A stretch of 64,000 bases of DNA from a virus. The notes beneath the pieces were generated by a model that was not told the DNA's origin, did not search any database, and worked only from the letters and a program-made list of their open reading frames with translations. The position numbers and the translations under genes were made by a program. The DNA is taken from IMG/VR virus record IMGVR_UViG_3300020112_001619; one strand, written 5' to 3'. Shown one piece after another: positions 56,883 through 64,000 of the stretch. Positions within the stretch are counted from its first letter, which is position 1. Each line of letters starts with the position of its first letter.

Positions 56883-56899
56883 AATAGGAGAACATGCCC

Positions 56900-57211
56900 A
56901 TGATTAATCTTAAAAAGTTAATTAAAAACAATCCTAGATATAAGGATTTCACGCTGCTTGAATGCCCCGTTCGTTTCAAAGATATGCAAGCAGATAATGA
57001 TATCCAGCTTGTACAATTACATAGCATTTCAGAATGCGGACCTAATGATATCGTAGGTTTTTGTGGAGTATGCTCCTGGACAAACAATGAATTAAAATCA
57101 CTTGATGGTGATAGTTATTCTGATGAAATGCTTGTATATGGATATTCATGGTTCACAAACGAAGATGAAAATATCACAAAAGCAATTGATATATTAGTGT
57201 TAGATTGGTAA
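56900..57211 (+). CDS. hypothetical protein
   Basis: ATG at 56900 has better ribosome-binding-site spacing than 56894. Confidence 0.4.
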   Translation: MINLKKLIKNNPRYKDFTLLECPVRFKDMQADNDIQLVQLHSISECGPNDIVGFCGVCSWTNNELKSLDGDSYSDEMLVYGYSWFTNEDENITKAIDILVLDW

Positions 57212-57234
57212 ATACATAAAAAGGAAATATTGAC

Positions 57235-57720
57235 ATGAAATATTATGAAATAATAGCACCATCAGATACAACCAAATTACGTGACGGTTTTATTGGGACA
57301 AGTGATACTAGTGATGCACCTGTAAATCTTATAGCCGCAGAAAATGACACAGAAATGTTACAAATATTTCAAAACATATTAGACATGTATCAAAATGGTT
57401 TCACGTTTCCATATCATAACGATAAAGTATACGATATTCACGAATACACAATTAATGAAATTACAACCAATACATCTATTGATATAGGTGATTGTGAGTA
57501 TTATGGAAAACAATTTGAAACACCAAACGCACAACTTAATATGTACATAGTTTTAGCTGAATATAAACCAAATGGAATATATCACATAATAATAACTGAT
57601 GATGAGAATAATGAAGAATTAAAAAGTTATCAAGAATGTTATAAAGTTATTAAAATCACTAAATCATGTGCTATAGCATTAGATGATTATCACTATGAAA
57701 TATTTGAAATGAATAAATAA
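57235..57720 (+). CDS. hypothetical protein
   Basis: ORF with AAGGAAA ribosome-binding site. Confidence 0.4.
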   Translation: MKYYEIIAPSDTTKLRDGFIGTSDTSDAPVNLIAAENDTEMLQIFQNILDMYQNGFTFPYHNDKVYDIHEYTINEITTNTSIDIGDCEYYGKQFETPNAQLNMYIVLAEYKPNGIYHIIITDDENNEELKSYQECYKVIKITKSCAIALDDYHYEIFEMNK

Positions 57721-57734
57721 GAAAGGTACAAATC

Positions 57735-58229
57735 ATGTTATCAAAAATGAATATCAATAAAATTTGCAGAACAGGCCTATACAAACATGAACCTGTAGCT
57801 TCATGGCGTGGATCTATGTATGCAAGTGATTTATATTGGTGTTTTAATTGGACATTCAAACCAATATATGATAAATCAAATAAATGCTGGTATATGGTTG
57901 ATACTTATTACAACGATAAATATATCGAATTAACTGATGAAAATTTTGAAGAATTTGAATTCATTTTTGATTTCAACAAAGTTCATTCAGTAGCAAAAAG
58001 CTTCAATTTCGAAGATTATGATGAATCAGACTATTGGTACAATGTCGCTATCGACAGTGGTGGTCATCAATACGGTAAAGCATTTATCAAAAATGATGCT
58101 AAACGTATTAAATCAAAAGTAATTGAACGCTATGAATATGAGATTGCCGGATTAGAAAGACAACTTAAATATAAAAAAGAACAGCTAAAAAAAATCAAAA
58201 ATGACGAAATTGATCTAACTTATGTATGA
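57735..58229 (+). CDS. hypothetical protein
   Basis: ORF with GAAAGG ribosome-binding site. Confidence 0.4.
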   Translation: MLSKMNINKICRTGLYKHEPVASWRGSMYASDLYWCFNWTFKPIYDKSNKCWYMVDTYYNDKYIELTDENFEEFEFIFDFNKVHSVAKSFNFEDYDESDYWYNVAIDSGGHQYGKAFIKNDAKRIKSKVIERYEYEIAGLERQLKYKKEQLKKIKNDEIDLTYV

Positions 58230-58249
58230 CAATTAGGAGAAAATAATTT

Positions 58250-58645
58250 ATGACTGATATTGAAAAATATATTTACACAACGAGAAAATCAGAATTTTTC
58301 AACATGATATATCGTTCAAAACCAATTGCTACACTATATCGTAGACAATATGATCCAGTAACCATCGTTATTTATAAAAACGCTTACCATATTAAAACTA
58401 AATACAATGATATAAAAGAATTATATCCGATAGCACTTGAAAACATGGATTACATGGCTCATTTATATGCATCATATCAGCTTCATAAATTACGTGAATT
58501 TATCGAAGATAATATTAAAGAGCATCCATATTTACCTGAACAAATCAAAGTAGAATTAATCAACACTGATCGCAGATTTTATTACAGCGATAAAACACAT
58601 GAACATTTTCAGCACTGTGAACTAAACGGTACTGCAATATGCTAA
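58250..58645 (+). CDS. hypothetical protein
   Basis: ORF with AGGAGA ribosome-binding site. Confidence 0.4.
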   Translation: MTDIEKYIYTTRKSEFFNMIYRSKPIATLYRRQYDPVTIVIYKNAYHIKTKYNDIKELYPIALENMDYMAHLYASYQLHKLREFIEDNIKEHPYLPEQIKVELINTDRRFYYSDKTHEHFQHCELNGTAIC

Positions 58646-58661
58646 TCAGAAAGGAATATTT

Positions 58662-58979
58662 ATGGGTTATATCTTAAATGATAAACATAAAAAAGATCAC
58701 TATTTGTTAAAATATGGTTTTGAATGGGATAATTCACCAGTAGCTGGAAACAAACCTGCTTTTGAACGTGGTTATAGTCATCATGATACACTTGAATTTG
58801 CATATGTATCTGTAAATTTAGAAGACAAACTCATTAACATCTACAATGAATATGATTGTGGTGGTTTGTTATGGGAACAGGAAGATACTATACCTGACAA
58901 TATTGATATAGATGACGAACAGGAATTCATAACATGGCTTGATAACTATGTTACTGAAACTCTTGATAATCATTTTTAA
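58662..58979 (+). CDS. hypothetical protein
   Basis: ORF with GAAAGGA ribosome-binding site. Confidence 0.4.
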   Translation: MGYILNDKHKKDHYLLKYGFEWDNSPVAGNKPAFERGYSHHDTLEFAYVSVNLEDKLINIYNEYDCGGLLWEQEDTIPDNIDIDDEQEFITWLDNYVTETLDNHF

Positions 58980-59016
58980 TTATTCAAAAAAAAATAACAA
59001 AGAGGTTTATTTTATT

Positions 59017-59493
59017 ATGGAATACAACAACACAATTACTATAGCAACTATTGATTTAAATAATATTGATTTTGAAAATCTATTTAGAAAAACAAATTTT
59101 GATATTTCTGATATTATCTGGGATGTGCTGCGTGATAATCCAAAACGTAGATTTACTATTGATAATGTTAATTTTGCAATTGATCCACCTATGTTTATGA
59201 GTATAAATGATTGCAATGGTGATTTTTCATTATTTGTATCAACAGATGATAAAGAAATGATAATGCGTGCTGAATCAGATACAATTTTACAACAGCTCAT
59301 TCACGACAGGATATCAAATATTGTATCTGACGTAAAAGAGCGTCTCAATAAAATCAAAATTCCTACAACGCAGCTCAAATTCATTACGTATTTCAATACA
59401 AAATTCTATGTTGAAATAGGACATGATCAGCCAGACACATTAACACTTGATTGTGATTTTAATCAGACGATTGAAGACTTATACTGGACATAA
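59017..59493 (+). CDS. hypothetical protein
   Basis: ATG at 59017 after AGAGG (track start 58939 overlaps the upstream gene). Confidence 0.4.
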   Translation: MEYNNTITIATIDLNNIDFENLFRKTNFDISDIIWDVLRDNPKRRFTIDNVNFAIDPPMFMSINDCNGDFSLFVSTDDKEMIMRAESDTILQQLIHDRISNIVSDVKERLNKIKIPTTQLKFITYFNTKFYVEIGHDQPDTLTLDCDFNQTIEDLYWT

Positions 59494-59536
59494 CATAAAA
59501 CAATAAAACCATATAATCACTAGAGGAGAATATTAT

Positions 59537-59899
59537 ATGAAACAGTATTACCTTAGTTTATCTGATATCGATAAGCTTTTAAAAAATGCATATTTGGAAA
59601 TAAGCAATAAAGATCTACATATTACTGAAAACACATCAAAATCAGATGTTCAAACACTTGCTTGCAGCAAATTTAGAGAATTTACATCGAAAAACGCTCG
59701 TAGACTTGTTATCTCAAACGAGCTAAACGCCCATATTAAAGATTTTGAATTAGAAGGCTGCGAGATATCAGAAGAAGATATTGATAACGTTTTAAATCGA
59801 ATGGATGCTAATGGTGATAGTCTTGAAGATGCTTGTAAAAACGTCTTATCAAATATTAAAGCTGTTCTCGAATATGAAACCGTAGATCTTGATGAATAG
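59537..59899 (+). CDS. hypothetical protein
   Basis: ORF with GAGGAGA ribosome-binding site. Confidence 0.4.
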   Translation: MKQYYLSLSDIDKLLKNAYLEISNKDLHITENTSKSDVQTLACSKFREFTSKNARRLVISNELNAHIKDFELEGCEISEEDIDNVLNRMDANGDSLEDACKNVLSNIKAVLEYETVDLDE

Positions 59900-60021
59900 G
59901 CTGAAGATAATTGGTGTACAGAATGTAGAGCACATTATTCAGAAGGGCATATTGATATTCCTTGCAAAGGTGATAAAGCAAATTGTCCTAACATTTAAAT
60001 ATCGTATAGGAGATCAATACA

Positions 60022-60315
60022 ATGATACAATTTGAAAAATTATTAACACTATCAACTGCACATATATGTAAAGAAACAGCAGATAAATTAGATGCTGATC
60101 CTGAAACAAACTGTTTAGGTCTTTGTGTTTACAATAAGGCACAATATGGTTGGTTCATAGCTGATATTCAGCATGCCCCAAACGTAAAAGGTTTTGATGA
60201 ATTACCTGAAGACTTACATAATCTCATTTTGTTTGCAAAAGATCTAGGTGTAGATATTCTATGTTTAGATTGTGACGGTGATGAATTACCATATTTAGAA
60301 ACATATACTTGGTAA
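60022..60315 (+). CDS. hypothetical protein
   Basis: ORF with AGGAGA ribosome-binding site. Confidence 0.4.
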   Translation: MIQFEKLLTLSTAHICKETADKLDADPETNCLGLCVYNKAQYGWFIADIQHAPNVKGFDELPEDLHNLILFAKDLGVDILCLDCDGDELPYLETYTW

Positions 60316-60335
60316 AACACATAGGAGATTTTATA

Positions 60336-60734
60336 ATGACAAAAACAAAAATAAATAATTTTCCAGAAGAGTTCATGAAGAAAATTGCTGATCTAATGGA
60401 CGAATGTGCAAAGCACGATACAAATAATTGTACTGTGAAGTTTAAATATGGCAAACATATTTTAGGTGTAGAAATGACATTCCTAATTGCTGATGAAGTA
60501 ACAACGCCTAACCCGCAAGTTATCATCAATAACAATAACTTTATGTATAGATTTTACGTAGAAAACTCCACAGACGGATTATACTGCATCGAAACAACTG
60601 GTGCATCTGAAGGCGACGCTCAAAAGAAAGCATCTGATCTAGGTTTATTCAAAAATATCGAAGATAAGTATCATATTACAAGGATTGAAGAGTTTCAAAT
60701 TGTAAAAACTAACGACACTGCTAATCATTCTTGA
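60336..60734 (+). CDS. hypothetical protein
   Basis: ATG at 60336 after AGGAGA. Confidence 0.4.
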   Translation: MTKTKINNFPEEFMKKIADLMDECAKHDTNNCTVKFKYGKHILGVEMTFLIADEVTTPNPQVIINNNNFMYRFYVENSTDGLYCIETTGASEGDAQKKASDLGLFKNIEDKYHITRIEEFQIVKTNDTANHS

Positions 60735-60755
60735 TAAACCATTATGAGGTGACAA

Positions 60756-61013
60756 ATGATATATTACAGGATACTAAGATCAAATAGCGATAAAAAAGAT
60801 ATACTAAAAGTACCAAATAATGATGTAACACTTGCTAAAACAACATTGTTTGATTATTTGAAATATTATTATCCAATAGATGAAGCAAATGCAATTGCTA
60901 CTTCATTATCCACATATTGTATAACCGAAAACAATACAAAAAATTATAAAACTATTTTCAATGCGAATAATGCTATACCTATTGGTATCATTATTCAATG
61001 CAAACACGATTAG
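60756..61013 (+). CDS. hypothetical protein
   Basis: ORF with GAGGTGA ribosome-binding site. Confidence 0.4.
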   Translation: MIYYRILRSNSDKKDILKVPNNDVTLAKTTLFDYLKYYYPIDEANAIATSLSTYCITENNTKNYKTIFNANNAIPIGIIIQCKHD

Positions 61014-61021
61014 GAGGAATT

Positions 61022-61441
61022 ATGTCAGAAGCATTACATTTTTCTATTAGCGGTGAATATATTACAGAACTTGCTAGAGAACGTTTTTTTCACGATAAAA
61101 ACTTAACAGGTGCTATTGATATTATCAAATCAGCTACAATGAATGACAAGCTATCCGAAAGCGAACATATTATGCTTTGTCTTGAAATCATTGCTGGTAA
61201 AAAAAGTATTGTTGGCACATATCCAGGAGACGATTATGGCATTGAAGAAAATGATGATTTGAACATCAATATTATGGATTTCTTTAAGATCATTGATGAT
61301 AACGCCATAGCCAGAGAAAATGAAAAAGAAGAAGCTAACAAAATTCTGCAGAAATATAGTTTCGTATTATCACAACTTGATGAGTATCTACAGCTATTGC
61401 ATGCAGTCTATACATGCAATATGTTGGAACTAATGTTATAG
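61022..61441 (+). CDS. hypothetical protein
   Basis: ATG at 61022 after AGGAGG. Confidence 0.4.
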   Translation: MSEALHFSISGEYITELARERFFHDKNLTGAIDIIKSATMNDKLSESEHIMLCLEIIAGKKSIVGTYPGDDYGIEENDDLNINIMDFFKIIDDNAIARENEKEEANKILQKYSFVLSQLDEYLQLLHAVYTCNMLELML

Positions 61442-62217
61442 AACTTGGATTAACTACAATTTCTGCTCCTAATGATTTGGAAGAACTATCATCAGAATAC
61501 TGTTCAGACTTTGAAGTTTTTAAAGTTAAATTAAAAAATTTTATGGGTTTTGGTTTAAACTCTAGGCCTATCCGTATTAAAAATGAAAATGGTGAATGTA
61601 GCAGTATTATGCCAAAAACACAATATTCGTTTTGTTATGTAAAAGATAATGAATGCGATATTGAAAAAGATATTTTTGAAGGCGATGATTTACCATTTAA
61701 GACATATGACTCATACGAAGAACTTTATGAAATCTATAAAAAGCACATTTTAGAACTTGATATTGCTTGTCATAGACGCAAACACGATATTACAATCATT
61801 GGAATAACACCATACGACATGAGTATAAACGCAGAATTGTATAGTGAATCATTAGAATCTGTTCTTAAATGTCTGTTAGATGATGCCACAGAAGATATAG
61901 CTGATGCAATAAATGCTGTAAAAAAAGAAAATCTTAAAAATAAGCAAACCAATTCTGGATCAAGAGATATTATAAGTTTATGTATCAGATTATTATCACT
62001 TACTGCATTATTAGGTGCTTGGATTACTATCAAGCCATATCTGCTTAATACTGTAAAAATAATCGACATGTCTGCAAGTGAATCAACACAAAACATGTTA
62101 AATGATATGTCAATAAAATTACTTGATTGGATGGGCTTTATATTAACAATCATATTTGCTACAGCAATAATATTAACAATGAATATGATAATGAAAAAAT
62201 TATTACATAACCGATAA
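61414..62217 (+). CDS. hypothetical protein with C-terminal TM helices (start uncertain)
   Basis: Long ORF with hydrophobic C-terminus (ALLGAWITIKPYLL...GFILTIIFATAIILTM). Overlaps the upstream ORF by 28 nt. Confidence 0.35.
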   Translation: MQYVGTNVIELGLTTISAPNDLEELSSEYCSDFEVFKVKLKNFMGFGLNSRPIRIKNENGECSSIMPKTQYSFCYVKDNECDIEKDIFEGDDLPFKTYDSYEELYEIYKKHILELDIACHRRKHDITIIGITPYDMSINAELYSESLESVLKCLLDDATEDIADAINAVKKENLKNKQTNSGSRDIISLCIRLLSLTALLGAWITIKPYLLNTVKIIDMSASESTQNMLNDMSIKLLDWMGFILTIIFATAIILTMNMIMKKLLHNR

Positions 62218-62247
62218 ACTATAAAACAACAGAAATGAGGGATATAT

Positions 62248-62688
62248 TTGATAGATTTTTTATCATTGCAAAAATCAAATCCATCTAGTTATAATTCAAC
62301 AAGTGGTAATAATAATTCAAATAATAACAATCAAAATCAAGGATCATATAATTCAAATGGATCATCTGGAAATAATAATTCTAATAATCCATCTAAAAAC
62401 AATGGTTCGAAAAATGCATCTAATGCAATCAATAAACTAAATAATATGATGAATAATTTATTCAATAGTATGAATAATAATTCAAACAATCATAACGCAA
62501 ACAATTCAACAAACACAAATCAAAATAACAATCAAGGACAACAGAATAACAACAATGGTAGTGCTGGAAATCAAAATCAAAATAGCACAAATTGTAACCC
62601 AAATAACAATAGTCCATGTTGTCCTAATTGTATGAATTACAATTGCCCAAAATTCAATAATCGTAATACAGGGTATATTGGACCGTAA
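62248..62688 (+). CDS. Asn-rich low-complexity protein with C-terminal Cys cluster (TTG start)
   Basis: About 55 percent Asn/Ser/Gln, ending CCPNCMNYNCPKF. GAGGG ribosome-binding site. Confidence 0.4.
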   Translation: MIDFLSLQKSNPSSYNSTSGNNNSNNNNQNQGSYNSNGSSGNNNSNNPSKNNGSKNASNAINKLNNMMNNLFNSMNNNSNNHNANNSTNTNQNNNQGQQNNNNGSAGNQNQNSTNCNPNNNSPCCPNCMNYNCPKFNNRNTGYIGP

Positions 62689-62715
62689 TTAAAAAAAGGG
62701 AAGGAATCAAACATT

Positions 62716-63057
62716 ATGCAAAATAACCAACCAACAGTAAATCCTTATGAAGAAAAATTAAAAAGATTGTTAGGACAGTCAACAGGTAGCTATGAACCAT
62801 TTACCCCGATAATATATATTGCTAGAAATTGGTATGATGGCGATTGGAACCTATTAGGTGTTTATGCGTCAAAGAAAGAAGCTACAGCTGCTTTAAAAGA
62901 TCCTAACAACTTTGATGAAGATGAAACAGCACCACTTATAGATGATGATCATATTTATTCACTTAAAACAAAAGCAGCAAATGAACATGAATTAGATATT
63001 ATCATCAATGCATTAAAAAATGCTCCTGATGTATATTGGGACGATTGGACACATTAA
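62716..63057 (+). CDS. hypothetical protein
   Basis: ORF with AAGGGAAGGA ribosome-binding site. Confidence 0.45.
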   Translation: MQNNQPTVNPYEEKLKRLLGQSTGSYEPFTPIIYIARNWYDGDWNLLGVYASKKEATAALKDPNNFDEDETAPLIDDDHIYSLKTKAANEHELDIIINALKNAPDVYWDDWTH

Positions 63058-63075
63058 TATCAGGAGGTGATATTT

Positions 63076-63324
63076 TTGGCTAGACCGTTAAAAATTGTAT
63101 CAAAATGTGCAACAAACGAAGATCATAAATACATAATGTGTAAACACGCACAAGAGCCTTCTGACGGAAAAGTCATAACAACTAAATTTGATATGGATTT
63201 ATGTGACGATCTTGATGAATTTCTAAATGTGTTACATATTAACAACGAGATATCTGAAACAGAAAAAGATGAAATTATGACCGTCTATTATTATACAGAT
63301 GAACGATACAAAAATCATCATTAA
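63076..63324 (+). CDS. hypothetical protein (TTG start after AGGAGGTGA; track GTG at 63067 is inside the ribosome-binding site)
   Basis: ORF in the coding strand. Confidence 0.35.
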   Translation: MARPLKIVSKCATNEDHKYIMCKHAQEPSDGKVITTKFDMDLCDDLDEFLNVLHINNEISETEKDEIMTVYYYTDERYKNHH

Positions 63325-63340
63325 TGAAAGAAGGTCTACT

Positions 63341-63892
63341 ATGAAAAAGGTGAAATATATGTTATCAGCTACAACAATCATCATATGTATAAACATATTG
63401 ATATTTTTAATGATGAAAATCAAAATTATAAATCCTAAAATGTTAGGATCAAGTTATGAAACGGTAATTGTTAAGCGCCAATTTTTTAGAATCATAACTG
63501 CAGCATTCACACAATATGAATTTTATCATATCTTTTGTAACATGTATTCCTTAGTATCACTTGGATCCATATTAGAATCAAAACTTGGGGCAACAAAATT
63601 TGTAATAATTTATATGTCATTTGTTGTATTATGTGGTACAACTTCCGTATTCATACACAAATCCATAGGTGATGTTAATACATTAAGTATTGGTGCCTCT
63701 GGTGTTATCTGTGCTTTATTCGCAATGTTGTTAGTGTATGGGATAAGAATAAATGGACCAGGAATATTGAGAAATTACATAATTACAATTGCGATGCTTA
63801 TATTTATGACATTTGATCGAAGAATTGACTCAATCGCTCATTTTACAGGTGTGGGTTACGGGATATTATTTTCATTCTTATTTCTAAAATAA
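63341..63892 (+). CDS. rhomboid-family intramembrane serine protease
   Basis: Six TM helices. Catalytic GASG (IGASGVICALFAML) and His in AHFTGVGYGILF. HIFCNMYSLVSLGSILE matches the HxxxNxxxL rhomboid motif. ATG at 63341. Confidence 0.65.
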   Translation: MKKVKYMLSATTIIICINILIFLMMKIKIINPKMLGSSYETVIVKRQFFRIITAAFTQYEFYHIFCNMYSLVSLGSILESKLGATKFVIIYMSFVVLCGTTSVFIHKSIGDVNTLSIGASGVICALFAMLLVYGIRINGPGILRNYIITIAMLIFMTFDRRIDSIAHFTGVGYGILFSFLFLK

Positions 63893-64000
63893 TTATTTAA
63901 ACAATACAAAAAGGCGATTTTGCTGATACTATCGTATCAGCAAAATCTACCTTAATACACGCTTATTCAAAAATATAACAATTTTTGAACTAACCAGACA

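Noticed and set aside
60998-62217. Programmed -1 frameshift joining ORFs 60998-61441 and 61414-62217
   Set aside because: The 28-nt overlap has no slippery heptamer or downstream pseudoknot, so they are treated as separate genes.
1-64000. Integrase, transposase, IS element or att sites marking a prophage or mobile-element boundary
   Set aside because: No tyrosine or serine recombinase or DDE motifs were recognised in any frame, and the region reads as contiguous virion or early-gene DNA.

Overview
This window is AT-rich, densely packed, and almost entirely plus-strand coded, and it reads like an internal segment of a large lytic (jumbo-type) bacteriophage. The host is probably a low-GC Firmicute, suggested by Gram-positive-type ribosome-binding sites, lipoprotein lipoboxes, an HPr/Crh-like protein with the Ser46 motif, and Firmicute-like SmpB/tmRNA. 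No integrase, transposase or CRISPR array is visible. Recognisable content falls into six groups. (1) Nucleotide metabolism: anaerobic ribonucleotide reductase NrdD with its activase NrdG, dUTPase, a guanylate-kinase-like NMP kinase, a ThyA-family enzyme, a 5'-deoxyribonucleotidase and an HD hydrolase. (2) Replication and repair: two RarA/MgsA paralogs, a PIF1/RecD-like helicase, RNase H1, a VRR-NUC nuclease and two paralogous SF2 helicase-like proteins. (3) Transcription: a full-length primary-like sigma-70 factor, a small stand-alone sigma region-4 protein, and a 926-aa fusion of an SF2 helicase with sigma-70 regions 2 and 4. (4) Protein quality control: SmpB, a tmRNA gene, ClpP, ClpX, and an HflK/HflC (SPFH) pair with two NfeD-like partners. 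(5) Host-physiology effectors: a Sir2 deacetylase, a PilZ domain protein, an HPr/Crh-like protein, a rhomboid protease, a secreted lipoprotein nuclease, LysM and VanZ-like membrane proteins. (6) A dispersed family of five paralogous proteins built almost entirely from tandem 45-50-aa helix-turn-helix-like (NUMOD1-like) repeats, which is the most striking candidate for an undescribed system. The 1.4-kb non-coding block around the tmRNA carries three perfect tandem 67-bp repeats, a consensus promoter, two tRNA-like elements sharing the tmRNA T-arm, and strong terminators. Several long intergenic regions carry large perfect palindromes that look like operators or origin-like sites. All functional calls come from motifs read directly in the translated ORFs; no database search was possible.
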